The position numbers and the translations under genes were made by a program. A stretch of DNA of 63,984 nucleotides, the filler included, from Octopus bimaculoides (lineage: Eukaryota), in NCBI RefSeq assembly GCF_001194135.2. It is 10 parts of 10 records of this genome, joined end to end, with 100 filler letters (N's around TTAATTAATTAA, not from the genome) between each part and the next. Parts side by side here need not be neighbours in the genome. Positions count along the whole stretch, not along the records: positions 1 to 14,071 come from NC_068999.1; positions 14,172 to 29,306 come from NC_068989.1; 8 more parts are not named here. One strand, given 5' to 3'. This document shows, one piece after another, positions 13,346 to 26,949 of the stretch. The notes beneath the pieces are model-generated. The model was not told the DNA's origin and did not search any database. It worked only from the letters and a program-made list of their open reading frames with translations. Numbering within the stretch: the stretch's first letter is position 1; the number at the start of each line of letters is the position of its first letter.

Positions 13346-13500
13346 GGAAACGCGTGGCTTAGTGGTTTGGGGTGTTGGATTCATAGTCATAAGATTGTGG
13401 TTTCGATTCCTGAACCGGGCGATGCGTTGTGTTCTTGGGTAAAACACTTCATTTCATTTTGCTCCAGTCCACTCAGCTGGCTAAAGGAGTAACCCTGCGA
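13346..13500 (+). mobile_element. tRNA-headed SINE, family C (3'-truncated)
   Basis: A-box TGGCTTAGTGG, B-box-like GTTTCGATTCC, then gcgttgtgttcttgggtaaaacacttcatttc...ctccagtccactcagctgg; homologous to 59025-59363. Confidence 0.8.
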
Positions 13501-13699
13501 CGGTAACATAAACTGGAAAAGCGGCCCTAATGAGCCTGGCATGGCTCGAGAAGGAAACATTTTATTTTTATTTAGGTTTGTAGAGTTATTTTGAGGGAAA
13601 TAAAGCATGACTAAATACCGCAATGCATTTGGAAGACCAGAACAACAAGAAAAACCAAACAGTTGTAGGAAGATACAGAGAAAAGTAATGTTCTTTTCT

Positions 13700-13817
13700 C
13701 CTCCAGGCACAAGGCCCAAAATTTTGTGGGAGGGTGTCAGTCGATAACATCGACCCAGTACGCAACTGCTACCTTAATTCATCGACCCCGAAAGGATGAA
13801 AGGCAAAGTCGACCTCG
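13700..13817 (-). mobile_element. SINE family B 3' part
   Basis: aggcacaaggcccaaaatttt...atcgaccccgaaaggatgaaaggcaaagtcgacctcg. Confidence 0.85.
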
Positions 13818-14071
13818 TGTGTATGTGAGGGTCTGGGTATGTTTGCGCGTTTGTGTTTGACCACTAGCACTTGGCAACCGGTGTTGGTCTGTTTACGTCC
13901 TCGTAACCTAGCAGTTACACATAACATACCGAAGATACCAACAGAAAAAAAAAACAACAACGCAAGTAGTGGGCTAAAACCCTTGCGGCTAAAACCCTTC
14001 AAGGCCGTGGCCGGACAAGGCCGCAATCTAATCACTGAATAAAGCAAACGAAAGATAAAAGATATAACGTG

Positions 14072-14171
14072 NNNNNNNNNNNNNNNNNNNNNNNNNNNNN
14101 NNNNNNNNNNNNNNNTTAATTAATTAANNNNNNNNNNNNNNNNNNNNNNNNNNNNNNNNNNNNNNNNNNNN
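14072..14171. other. Artificial scaffolding gap: 44 N + TTAATTAATTAA + 44 N (also at 29351, 33824, 39896, 45096, 47896, 50002, 56795, 62037)
   Basis: An identical palindromic 12-mer with stops in all six frames sits inside nine N runs; 44+12+44 was counted here and the other eight look the same. Confidence 0.95.
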
Positions 14172-14209
14172 ATATACATATTTATAAAATGCTATATTTC
14201 TATATACAC

Positions 14210-14248
<39 letters not shown>

Positions 14249-15853
14249 TTATTTATATACATACATCACTATATCTATATTCGCACGCGTATACTCATAC
14301 ACAGACTTATAAATGCTCCCTTAACGGAAGAAATTTAAGACTGCTATACTAACTACTATATTAACTCACTAGAACTTCAAACATTATTGAAACCTAATTT
14401 ATCAACCGTGTATCAAGCACACAATCTATCTTGATTGAAGTAGATGCATTATATTTAGCTTGAACACCCTGGCCTTCTAACGTCTTAACTATCCGCACTG
14501 CGTCTAATTCAAACATATATAAGGAACTTCTCTATACTTGGCATACGACCAATATTAACCGGAGAGTGAGGTTTGGGAACGGGTATGTTAAATTGAAGAT
14601 GTAACGTCGAATGTAGTGTATTTGCCAGAAAATATTTTGCCGACTCCAAAGACGTTGAAAGTTAAGAACGAGATCATTTCATGTCGAATATGAAAGCAAT
14701 GAAGTGCTGACCTAAACAATTATATAAATATAAAAGTAAATTGTAGCGTATTTCTAGGTGATCTGTGCAGTAAAATTCCAGTTGTACGGATGCCCCGGCA
14801 TGGTTACAGCCAATAAGCTTGATTCCGAGATGTAATATTAGAATAATAAATGTTTAATAGATTTTATCAAACTAAAGTAAAACGTTCCGAATCCCAAGGA
14901 AACAATGCTATTAGTGATATAAAATTTAAAATAGGTTTTTTATAGCGTTCAATAAATGCTTTTGTGCAGAGAATGTAGGTTTTTCTACGTAGGGAAAGTC
15001 CATCTCAGAAACGTACGTGGACAAATCTTTTTAATTCTACAGCATTGCAACTGCTGCTCTCAACTGGCACATTGTCTGTCTGTCCGTCTGTCTCTGTCTG
15101 TCTGTCTGTCTCTCGCTCTCTCTCTCTCTCTCNNNNNNNNNNNNNNNNNNNNNNNNNNNNNNNNNNNNNNNNNNNNNNNNNNNNNNNNNNNNNNNNNNNN
15201 NNNNNNNNNNNNNNNNNNNNNNNNNNNNNNNNNNNNNNNNNNNNNNNNNNNNNNNNNNNNNNNNNNNNNNNNNNNNNNNNNNNNNNNNNNNNNNNNNNNN
15301 NNNNNNNNNNNNNNNNNNNNNNNNNNNNNNNNNNNNNNNNNNNNNNNNNNNNNNNNNNNNNNNNNNNNNNNNNNNNNNNNNNNNNNNNNNNNNNNNNNNN
15401 NNNNNNNNNNNNNNNNNNNNNNNNNNNNNNNNNNNNNNNNNNNNNNNNNNNNNNNNNNNNNNNNNNNNNNNNNNNNNNNNNNNNNNNNNNNNNNNNNNNN
15501 NNNNNNNNNNNNNNNNNNNNNNNNNNNNNNNNNNNNNNNNNNNNNNNNNNNNNNNNNNNNNNNNNNNNNNNNNNNNNNNNNNNNNNNNNNNNNNNNNNNN
15601 NNNNNNNNNNNNGAAACGTGTTCATAGCTATCTTTCGCTCCCAGAACATAGATTAGTTTGTTACTTTCTGCTAAGCATGATAACTAGGCTGTGAATGCGA
15701 ATATTTCTCAATTCCTTGAAGTTATCTCCCTCTCCTATTCAGAGTTGTTGGTAATGTCTGCTGCTAAATTTCCTATACCTTTTCTCCTTGGGAAAGAAAT
15801 TTTAATAAATAAGAATTTGCTGTGTATAGGATTCAATACTTCTTCCCTATGAA

Positions 15854-15892
<39 letters not shown>

Positions 15893-16094
15893 AGAGAGAG
15901 GGTGGGGGAAGAAGTGCGTTCACCCAGATCAGTGGCTTCCCACGACCACAGACACTATTGTCGCCTGGATACAAACACCTAGCTGTTTGGTGGTTGTCGA
16001 ATAACATCGACACCGCCATTTAAGACTTTACAAAATAAAACTAGAGCTTATTGCTTATTTTGGGAAGGAAGAAAGTCGAATTGATATAAGTCAA

Positions 16095-16270
16095 CTCTAG
16101 CCCTTATTTGACATGAACATTATTTAACATGAGCATTATCTTAACGATCATGGGAAGATGATAAATGCTAAATTGACATCGGTGCGATTTGAACTCACAA
16201 GATAAAAGATCGTAACTAAACACTACAAGGCGTTTCATCTGGTGCTCTACTGAATCTGCCAATTCATTAC
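16095..16270 (-). mobile_element. Highly decayed SINE family B-like copy
   Basis: aattgacatcggtgcgatttgaactcacaag...aatctgccaattca, a degenerate version of the family B minus-strand pattern. Confidence 0.55.
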
Positions 16271-17839
16271 CCTTCTATTTAGTTAAAAACAAATAAATGC
16301 ACTGCTATAAATGAAATTTATTAAGATATGGAATTCTTTATTATTCATACGTTTGAAGACTCATCAATCGTTATAAATTCCGCCATTTTATTATTTTTTT
16401 ATCGAAATTAGCTTTAAAGTACAGAAACATTATATAATCGTAGTAGACTATCACAGGAAATTATAAACATTTAATTCTATAGGAATTTCATTTGATGGCG
16501 TGAACGTTCATTATTGCTGTGGATATAATGTAGGTCGAAGTTGCCCAACCTTCATTTATTAATGCACGGAATAAGCCGATATTACAGATGAGAAGTTTAC
16601 CATTGTTGGTTTAGATTTTTCTATAATTGTTTTGTTGTTTTATTTTGTTTTTGAAATACGCTTGTCGTATGTCTTTATTTATTTATGTTTTTACACTAGT
16701 TTTTTGTGTGTGTGTTCAATGTTGCCGCGAAACTTCAATCTGAAAGACAATAAAACAAAACAAAACACATAATATAATTTGGAACAAAAAGAGAGAATAT
16801 ATATATATATATAATATGTATATATATATGTANNNNNNNNNNATATATATATATATATACACACACGAGAAAGGGAGAGAAATCTTGATAAGGTATTCAA
16901 AGCAATTTGAATATTGAAATTTTTTAAAGCACAAAAGAGAAACAAAAAAGAAAAAAAGACAAAAAAACAATATTAATATAAAGTTACATATTTTTTTTTA
17001 TAAACAACGGACATATTGGAAATTTAACAAAATAACGAAATGGCATTGAAAATTGGACAACGGTGAAAACAAAATAATGAATGCAATTTTCTGGAAGATA
17101 AGTTGTTTTACGTAATTTATTGGTTATTAGCTAAACTGAAATTGAGTTTAGTGATTTTTTAAAGAAATCTTCTTATTGTCCTCTTACATTATTTTAAAAA
17201 TAGAAATAACTTCAGTTTCACGACATTTAAACAAAGAAAACTAACAAATGAATCACTGCTGTTTTCTTTTCATTGTCCGCCATATTGGTAAGTACTTATT
17301 GTCAATCATATTTACACTTTGTGAGGTTTCATACGATTTAAATCTCACTTAAAAACTACGGAACTCAATCTTTTGTAAGGAAGTAATAATGGTTTTGTTT
17401 TTGAAAAAAAAGTAAAGAAACCCAATTTTCTTCCGTTGACACTGCCTTTTCTATTTCTGTTTAGATAGACAAATACAATACTTTATACTTCACAAGCTTG
17501 GACAAGTTCGTTACGGAGTAGTTATGGTGAAAGGAGATATTTTTCTCGTCCATTTCCTTGTCATTTATGAGCTATACAAAGGGAATAAAAACTGTACATC
17601 TTACAAAACTTCACTACGAATATCTTAATTTTCATAAGCAAATGATCTGAATGTATTTTCAGGTGATTATGTATCAATCTGTGCATCTATGCAAGTAGTG
17701 TGTATGCTTGTGTGNNNNNNNNNNNNNNNNNNNNNNNNNNNNNNNNNNNNNNNNNNNNNNNNNNNNNNNNNNNNNNNNNNNNNNNNNNNNNNNNNNNNNN
17801 NNTATATATATATATATATATATATATTCTTTTATTCTT

Positions 17840-18130
17840 TCATTCTTTTACTTGTTTCAGTCATTTGACTGCGGCCATGCTGGAACACCGCCTTTAGTCG
17901 AGCAAATCGACCCCAGGACTTATTCTTTGTAGGCGTTGTACTTATTCTATCGGTCTCTTTTGCCGAACCGCTATATTACGGGTACGTAAGCACACCAATA
18001 TCGGTTGACAAGCGATGGTGGGGAGACAAACACAGACACACAAATACATACATACATATACGACAGGCTTCTTTCAGTTTTCGCCTACCGAATCCACTCA
18101 CAATCCCGAGGCTATAGTAGAAGAAATTGC
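17840..18130 (-). mobile_element. SINE family A (5'-truncated)
   Basis: cttgtttcagtcatttgactgcggccatgctggaacaccgcctttagtcgagcaaatcgaccccagg...cgacaggcttctttcag...ggctatagtagaag. Confidence 0.92.
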
Positions 18131-18139
18131 TCGCGTGTG

Positions 18140-18174
<35 letters not shown>

Positions 18175-18294
18175 GAGACCCCTTTCCGATTTGTTCCGGT
18201 GAATAAAGATTTAAATCTAAAATTAAGCATTTCAGATTAAACTCATAATGAATATATGTTGACTCACTCGTCTCCATGAAGTTCTAAAAAATAT

Positions 18295-18604
18295 TCATGT
18301 ATGTCCGATTGCCTGGTGTTTTGCGGGTAACAAGTCTAAAACCGCAAGTTGTAAGGTTGCTCGTCTTATGTCAGATGGAGTGGTGTGTAGAAGATGTGCG
18401 GGCGTGTGTATGCGTGTGCGTACGTGTGTGTGTGTTTGTACGTGTGTGTGTGTGTTTGTACGTGTGTGAGTGTGTGTGTATATATGTGCTTGAGAGAGAG
18501 TGTGTTTATATTTTATATATGTATGCATTTGCATGTATATATAACATATTGCACTTGGATCATACCGGATCTTCTTTATTCACTGCACATGTGTGGGTAT
18601 GCAC

Positions 18605-18645
<41 letters not shown>

Positions 18646-18672
18646 TATACACACACATATATACACACAAAC

Positions 18673-18709
<37 letters not shown>

Positions 18710-19118
18710 CATACNNNNNNNNNNCACATATATATACATACATATGTATGTATGTATATATATATGTGTGTGTGTGTATGTGTGCTTGTGTGTGTATATA
18801 TGTGTGTATATGTGTGTGTGTATGCCTGCACAGCCACACATGTGCAGTGAATAAAGAAGATCCGGTATGATGCAAGTGCAATATGTTATATATGCATACA
18901 AATACATATATATATAAACATATGAAAACACTCTCTCTCAGGCACACACACACACACACGCTCACACACACGTACAAACACACAATTGTGCGCACACACA
19001 TACACACGCCCGCACATCTTTTACACATCACTCCATCTGACATAAGACGGGCAACCTTAGAACTTGAGGTTTTAGACTTGTTATCCCCAAAACACCAGAC
19101 AATCGGAAACATGCAGTG
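18295..19118. repeat. Long diverged inverted repeat / foldback (arms about 18295-18600 and 18815-19118, microsatellite centre)
   Basis: gtccgattgcctggtgttttg...gatcataccggatcttctttattcactgcacatgtgtgg is mirrored by ccacacatgtgcagtgaataaagaagatccggtatgat...caaaacaccagacaatcgga, with scattered mismatches. Confidence 0.9.
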
Positions 19119-19314
19119 AAATTAAATCGCACTTTTTTTGTGCGTATGTTTTGTTTGTCCTTGAAATATAGATGACAGAAGAAGAGCACATTTAGTTATT
19201 CAATGCTACGTATGTATATATATATATAATATATATGCACATGTGTATGTGTGTGTTTGTGTGTGTTGTGTACATTCAGCTAAGTGTACGTGCAGTCACA
19301 AATTGCAGTTGAAT

Positions 19315-19702
19315 CGTTCGTTTGGCACTCGAGGGTTCCAGTTGATCGAGGGTTCCAGTTGATCCGATCAACGGGACAGCCTGCTCGTGAAATTAACGTG
19401 CGAGTGGCTGAGCACTCCACAGACACGTATACCCTTAACGTAGTTCTCGGGGATATTCAGCGTGACACAGTGTGACAAGGCTGACCCTTTGAATTACAGG
19501 CACGACAGAAACAGGAAGAAGGAGTGAGAGAAAGTTGTGGTGGAAGAGTACAGCAGGGTTCGCCACCATCCCCTGCCGGAGCCTCGTGGAGCTTTAGGTG
19601 TTTTCGCTCAATAAACACTCACAACGCCTGGTCTGGGAATCGAAACTGCGATCCTATGACCGCGAGCCCGCTGCCCTAACTACTGGGCCATTGCGCCTCC
19701 CC
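19315..19702 (-). mobile_element. tRNA-headed SINE, family D, full length with 10-bp target-site duplication
   Basis: Minus-strand head ggaggcgcaatggcccagtagttagggcagc...gtttcgattccc; gcagttgaat flanks the element at 19305-19314 and 19703-19712; a 17-nt segment near the 3' end (gagggttccagttgatc) is tandemly doubled. Confidence 0.9.
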
Positions 19703-20304
19703 GCAGTTGAATAAATACTTTCAAAAAGAAATAATTTTTAGGCAGGGCTACATTTCTTTGGCTACTCGCATCAGAACTTTTTGAATTAGTGAACTATTAG
19801 TTATCGAACTAGCGACCGTGCTCTTGTAAATGACCCTATTATTCAAAACAAGCGATGTAAAATGATAAATAAGTACAAGAAATATAATCACCTTTGTGAA
19901 TCTTAACATATCTGGACGGTTACAGTATTAACGAAATTTATTGAGCTTATCTCTTAAAGCAAGTATATCTCATGTTATATATTTTTAAAATATGATATAG
20001 TTGTCACGGAAAGAAGCGGAGTTAGCCTTCACCTTTGCTCGACAGTGACGAGAAGAATGCATGTCCATGAGCTTTGTTTGTTGAGAAAGATGCAGGGGGA
20101 TGCTTAGTTTGAAAACCAGAAAGGAAAGGTTGGGTTATGAAGGCAGATGCGAGAGCCACGTTATGAAGTGGGTAGAACAGTGAAAGCATTTTAAAATGTT
20201 ATTCCATTCGATAAAACGAATTGATTATCAGTATATATAATGCTAGATAAATAAACTGACAGACACATACATATACATGCATATATATATATATAAAGTA
20301 AAAG

Positions 20305-20390
20305 ACACTTTCCCAATGTGCCACACAGCAGAATCGAAACAGAATTCAACGTGGTTGTAAAGAGAACTTCGTAACCATACCGCCATAGTT
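20305..20390 (-). mobile_element. Decayed SINE family A head
   Basis: gacactttcccaatgtgccacacagcagaatcgaaac...cgtggttgtaaagagaacttcgtaaccatac. Confidence 0.6.
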
Positions 20391-21119
20391 AACTTAATAT
20401 TTGAGAGATGATCGTTAATTCTTGAAGATTTTGAGACAGAATTTTATCGATTGTCTTTCAAAGTCAGTGATATTATCGGAGGAATAGTTTGAGGTGTTTT
20501 ATAATATTATATAATTTTTCGTTTCTATGGTAACAGGAAAATATGGCTATTTGGTATAGATCTTTCCATAATTCTCGAGTTCCTGTGTTTATAGACGATT
20601 CTTCAGTAGTTTTTGCTTTATCAATGATCATTGTTACTCTTTCCATTGGAAACGGATAAGTTGTTTTCATAGATTCTTTATTCGTGCGCATGCGCGAGTG
20701 CATGTCAATGTATGTGAGTGTATGTGTGTGTGTGAGTGTATAAGAGAGAGACTGAGTACGCGCGCGCGTGTACGTGTGTACATGTGTGTATGTCACGTCT
20801 TACATTTTCTGTCCACTAATGTTAAATACCTTTTTCTTTCCAAGCAATTTGAAGATTACTAAAGAAAATAGAGCTGCATTGCGCATGCGTGCACACAAAC
20901 ACACATGCACACATACATGAATGCATACATATATACATTCATAGTCACACTAACAGGAACACACGCAGGCGGTCCCGCACACTCACACAGTCACACACAC
21001 ACACACACATGGCTATCTATCTATCTATCTATCTATCTGTCTGTCTGTCTGTCTAATCTATCCGTCTGCATGTATGTATGTATGTATGTATGTATGTATG
21101 TATGTATGTATGTATGTGT

Positions 21120-21181
<62 letters not shown>

Positions 21182-21644
21182 TGAAAAATACAGGTATATC
21201 AAATGTCATACAACATTAATTTTTGAGTTATTGAATTATCTCTGCCTTTAGGATGCATCAAAAGTAGCAAATGACAATTACATTCAGCCCCATATAAGAA
21301 AGGGAGATAATTTCAAGAAGAAGGATTCTCCAAAGTTGACATGCCAGCAGTAATCCAAAGAAACTCGTCTGTTTATGTGTGAAATATAAACTAGAACTAA
21401 AGAAGCTAGTTGCAAGTACTTCGTTGGTGGAGTTTCAGAAGAGTGTCATGTTAAATGACAAACGTTTTAGAACATATGCCAAACTAAATACAAACTTGCT
21501 GCAATTTTTCCGATGTATAATTTTGGTACAAATCCTAAATCTTTATCTGATGCTGCAAGGATGTGTTTCAGGATAGAAATCTAGAGGACTTAATGGCATA
21601 ATGGTTTTTCCATGAAAGATCCCGTGGTAATAATGGATTCAAAT

Positions 21645-22016
<372 letters not shown>

Positions 22017-22545
22017 TCGAGTGAAAAAGCAGCGCATGTCATCAAAGTGACACTGGGGTAAAATATGCGAAGTGCAATATACCCATCACGACTACCTGTC
22101 TGATAAGGGTGCACCAGATACATGCATCACAACGATATGTGCGTGGCATGGTGATCTCATATCAAGATAAACAGCGCACGACCTTGCAGGTGAGGCTCAG
22201 CTAGAATTTTCTTCAGGTCGATTACCCCATCACGCTCAAAATGTCCTTGAATAAGTTTTGTTTAAGGATGATGAGCGAAAGACCCATGTTTCCAGAGGTG
22301 AATTATTCAAACTCCACTGAATTCCTCTAAACACGTGGCTATGATGCTCACCCACTACTTCTGCTCGTGATCAGAGATGCACATGTCATCAGTCAATAAG
22401 TGATATGCTCAACTGGTCAAGGTCAAACAACTGACAAGCAAATCTGTGGTATTAAGCAGAATATTTGCTGTAGCCTATCTTTTATACTAAAACAAAACAT
22501 GTTGCATGCTAGCACTTCCACTCAGTTACGATCAGAAGCCATGAG
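22017..22545 (-). mobile_element. Probable LINE 3' UTR-type repeat ending in an (AAT)n tail
   Basis: Non-simple 530-bp block that on the minus strand runs directly into (AAT)n. It resembles a repeat I recall as abundant in octopus sequence; clade not determined and no ORF seen. Confidence 0.5.
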
Positions 22546-22726
22546 AACCCGATTATTATTTATTTATTTATGTATTTATTTGTTATATCTTTCTCCGTTT
22601 TCTTCCTCTGTTTAGACGAACTTTCCTACCTTTTCGGACAAAACCTTTTGTAACCTTCGTCCTGTCTTTGTCCTTACATGTTTTTAATTGATATTAGCCC
22701 TTGTGGCCAATAAAACGAATTAATTA

Positions 22727-22828
22727 TTAATATAGAAAGGATTGAGGTAACTCCTCCTGAAGATATAGAGTCAAAATTAAAAGACTCTATATCTTCAGGA
22801 GGAGTTACCTCAATCCTTTCTATATTAA
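22727..22828. repeat. Perfect 46-bp inverted repeat with 10-nt loop
   Basis: 22727-22772 is the exact reverse complement of 22783-22828 (checked base by base); the loop is aaaattaaaa. Confidence 0.97.
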
Positions 22829-22938
22829 CCAAAATGAAGTAGATTGACAAATTTATTTTTTGAACCAGTTGAAGACACACGAGATGTCGAAATATCGTTC
22901 ACCAGATAACAAATGGCACTCTTCTTTTAATTTTGATA

Positions 22939-23078
<140 letters not shown>

Positions 23079-23079
23079 T

Positions 23080-23119
<40 letters not shown>

Positions 23120-23585
23120 GTATATCACATTATATCATCCATCTCATTTCGAGAATACTGTGTCCTGAAAGCAAGGAATAATAGCCAAGGTTAAGTATTG
23201 TTTTGAGCCAAAATCTAAGACAAAAGGCATTCAGTTCCAGTTTATAGCAAAGAATCAGGTGTGTCTGTGTCTTTCGTTATTAAAACATCATAAAAACATC
23301 ACGATATCTCGCTGTGTCATATCGAATGTCAAAACCGGGATTCTTTAAGCTTTGTTTAAGAGCGTGGTGTAGTAAGAGCCAGAAAGCCCTCTTAAAGCTA
23401 ACCCCTCTTTTTTCTACATACTTCTCGTCATCTCCCTTTCTTTCTCTCTTTCATACACACGCGCTCACACACTCATTTACTCACACACTCTCTTTCTCTC
23501 TCACCCTTTGGATTTCATCCTTATTACTAAATATACAACGATATCATAGAACATCTGGTTTCCAGATATCATCCAAAGATTATGT

Positions 23586-23587
23586 TT

Positions 23588-23659
<72 letters not shown>

Positions 23660-23663
23660 TTTT

Positions 23664-23695
<32 letters not shown>

Positions 23696-23711
23696 TTTCT
23701 TTCTTTCTTTT

Positions 23712-23766
<55 letters not shown>
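23586..23766. repeat. (TTTC)n microsatellite
   Basis: Visible; source of the FLSF/KERK pseudo-ORFs. Confidence 0.97.
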
Positions 23767-23767
<1 letters not shown>

Positions 23768-25584
23768 GTTTTGTTTTCGAGTTGTCCACTTGAAATCTAT
23801 CATAACGACAAGAAGTCTTTTCAAAAGAGTGAATAGATAAACTGATGCCAAACCGAAGAGAAGAGCCCACAGCATCTTCGTACTTACACACTTAAACGCT
23901 AAGTGTAAGGCAGAGCCGTGAAGTGCATGAACCACCACAATATCGACCGATCTTTCAACCCGTTCGTTATCCGTTATCCTATCGGTTCAACCTTCTCTAT
24001 GCTACATATAACTACAACTAGAATTATAACTTATTATTTTGAGGATAGACACATATATATTAAATAGATTTCAAATTCTAGGCAGAAGGCCAGTAGGTTT
24101 AGGGACAAGTCGACTAAATCGACCCAGTGTCCAACTGGTACTATATCTTATCGAGCCATAGACGGGACCTTGATGAATGCCATGAGGCAGGAAAGTATAC
24201 TAGTCCTTATATATTTAATACTCTATATTTAATACTCAATATTTCATATATATGCAATAAGACATTCAATACTTCATTTCATTTTACTATTTATATTATA
24301 TATTCCATATTCTGTATTCCACATTAATTTTATAAGAATATAAATAAAACATAAAAAACAGAGTTGGAACTCTTTTAAATAATNNNNNNNNNNNNNNNNN
24401 NNNNNNNNNNNNNNNNNNNNNNNNNNNNNNNNNNNNNNNNNNNNNNNNNNNNNNNNNNNNNNNNNNNNNNNNNNNNNNNNNNNNNNNNNNNNNNNNNNNN
24501 NNNNNNNNNNNNNNNNNNNNNNNNNNNNNNNNNNNNNNNNNNNNNNNNNNNNNNNNNNNNNNNNNNNNNNNNNNNNNNNNNNNNNNNNNNNNNNNNNNNN
24601 NNNNNNNNNNNNNNNNNNNNNNNNNNNNNNNNNNNNNNNNNNNNNNNNNNNNNNNNNNNNNNNNNNNNNNNNNNNNNNNNNNNNNNNNNNNNNNNNNNNN
24701 NNNNNNNNNNNNNNNNNNNNNNNNNNNNNNNNNNNNNNNNNNNNNNNNNNNNNNNNNNNNNNNNNNNNNNNNNNNNNNNNNNNNNNNNNNNNNNNNNNNN
24801 NNNNNNNNNNNNNNNNNNNNNNNNNNNNNNNNNNNNNNNNNNNNNNNNNNNNNNNNNNNNNNNNNNNNNNNNNNNNNNNNNNNNNNNNNNNNNNNNNNNN
24901 NNNNNNNNNNNNNNNNNNNNNNNNNNNNNNNNNNNNNNNNNNNNNNNNNNNNNNNNNNNNNNNNNNNNNNNNNNNNNNNNNNNNNNNNNNNNNNNNNNNN
25001 NNNNNNNNNNNNNNNNNNNNNNNNNNNNNNNNNNNNNNNNNNNNNNNNNNNNNNNNNNNNNNNNNNNNNNNNNNNNNNNNNNNNNNNNNNNNNNNNNNNN
25101 NNNNNNNNNNNNNNNNNNNNNNNNNNNNNGAACAGATCCCATTATAGTATCGGTAGAAAAAGGCAGAGAGAGGGAACAATAAATCTGAGGATCAGAGGCT
25201 GGAGTGTGTTTGTAAGTGACTTGATATTAAACAGTCGGGTTGTCTAGATGTTTGGACGTTTGCAGTAGGGCAGTCCCAGACGCGGGATCATACTCCAATC
25301 TGGTCCCACTCGAACTCCTTCCTTAATATAATCCTCGGGCAGACTCACAGAGACGCAGTCTGTGTGTGTGTGGGTGTTCATGAGGGTGTGTGTATGTGTG
25401 TAATAAAAGCTGACCGTTCCTAAGCGTTCAGCCATATCCTCAACCATCATAAATGACTGTGGTCGTATAGCATAAATCAAACGAGTGCAACAGATTTGTT
25501 ACATTGGAATTGGTAGTGCAGTTGTCAGCACTGGAAATTGAAAGGGTGGCTGGCATTAGATAGATTTTTGCTAAAATACAATGA

Positions 25585-26060
25585 CGATAGTAGTAGTAGT
25601 ATCAGTAGTAGTAGTAGTAGTAGTAGTGGTAGTAGTAGCAGCAGCAGCAGCAGTAGTAGTAGTAGTGATGTATATATGTTACTAGTTGCCATACCAACAT
25701 TTACTTCTAGTTAGCAATAAGCAACACTTGCAGTAACCGCTGCAAAAATAATTAGCTGCGATAATATCAACAACAGCAGCAGCAGTAGCAGCAGTAGCAG
25801 CAGAGGTAGCAGTTGCGTTAGCCGTCCCGATATTGGTAGCTGCGCTGGCAATAGTGGCGGTGGTGGTTGTGGTGATGCTGGTGGTGGTTGTGATGGCTGA
25901 GATGGTAGTAGTAGTAGTAGTAGTAGTAGAAGTAGTGGTGGTAGTTGTTGTTGTTGTGGTAATAGTAGTAGAAGAAAAAAGACAAGACGGAGGAGGAGGA
26001 GGAGAAGGAAGAGAAAGAGGCGGAGAAGAAACAACAACAACAACAGCAGTTAATGTCCTA
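25585..26060. repeat. Compound trinucleotide low-complexity region (GTA/GCA/GTG/GGA/ACA)
   Basis: Visible; gives poly-T/V/L pseudo-ORFs. Confidence 0.9.
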
Positions 26061-26367
26061 GTGTTGTTGTTGGAAGAAAGACAAACCGCCATTGGTTTTT
26101 GATTCAAAGAAATGAGAGAATATTTAACGCATAGTTAATGTTTGTCATTTTCGGTTAAAATATCAAAGCATCACTGTTTTCTGTTTGTTGGAGAAGTTGA
26201 GACGTTAATGTAGTCTCAACAATAGCCAGGTGTTTGCGTTGCTGCTATTGTTGAGAGAGAGAGAGGGGTGGGGAGAGAAGAGAAATAGAGAGACACTCAA
26301 AACTCCTAATGGTACATATTTATGAGTGCCAAGGTATAGTACATCTCTACAAGACAGCACGAAGCAG

Positions 26368-26510
26368 TCAAATTGGCAGAATCGTCGTTGTCAGAGTGTC
26401 AGATAGAATGCTTTGCGGCATTTGTTCCAGTTCTCTGCGTCGTCTGAGTTCAAATCGCACCGAGGTCGATCTTACTGTTCATCTCTTGGCCCAATAAAGT
26501 ACCAAACAAA
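26368..26510 (+). mobile_element. Decayed SINE family B
   Basis: ttggcagaatcgt...ctgagttcaaatcgcaccgaggtcgatcttactgttcatctcttggcccaataaagtacca. Confidence 0.7.
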
Positions 26511-26893
26511 AATTAGGGCAGTTCCCTTCCCCCCCTCTCTCTCTCTCTCCCTACTACACATTTTCCTATTCGTCCGAATGACGAGTTCGTATTCTTGATT
26601 CGTTTTGGCTGTTCATTTGTGTGTATGTGTTTGTGTGTGTGTGTATGTGTGAGTGTGTGTGTGCGTGTGTGTGTGTGTGTGTGTGCCTTCTGAGGACCGA
26701 TAAATTTAATTCCACTAAAGGGATGCTCTAGCGTGGCCTTTCTCAGCTGTGATGGCTGGTTCAAACTAAAGATCTCATATACTGAGATTGTAAAAGAAAA
26801 GAAAATTGAAATTCTTTCAAGCAATAGTTTCAGGAAAAACACACNNNNNNNNNNNNNNNNNNNNNNNNNNNNNNNNNNNNNNNNNNNNNNNNN

Positions 26894-26949
<56 letters not shown>

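Noticed and set aside
24165-24200. cttgatgaatgccatgaggcaggaaag as a hammerhead
   Set aside because: The core reads UUGAUGA and GGAAAG with no stem III; too degenerate to support.
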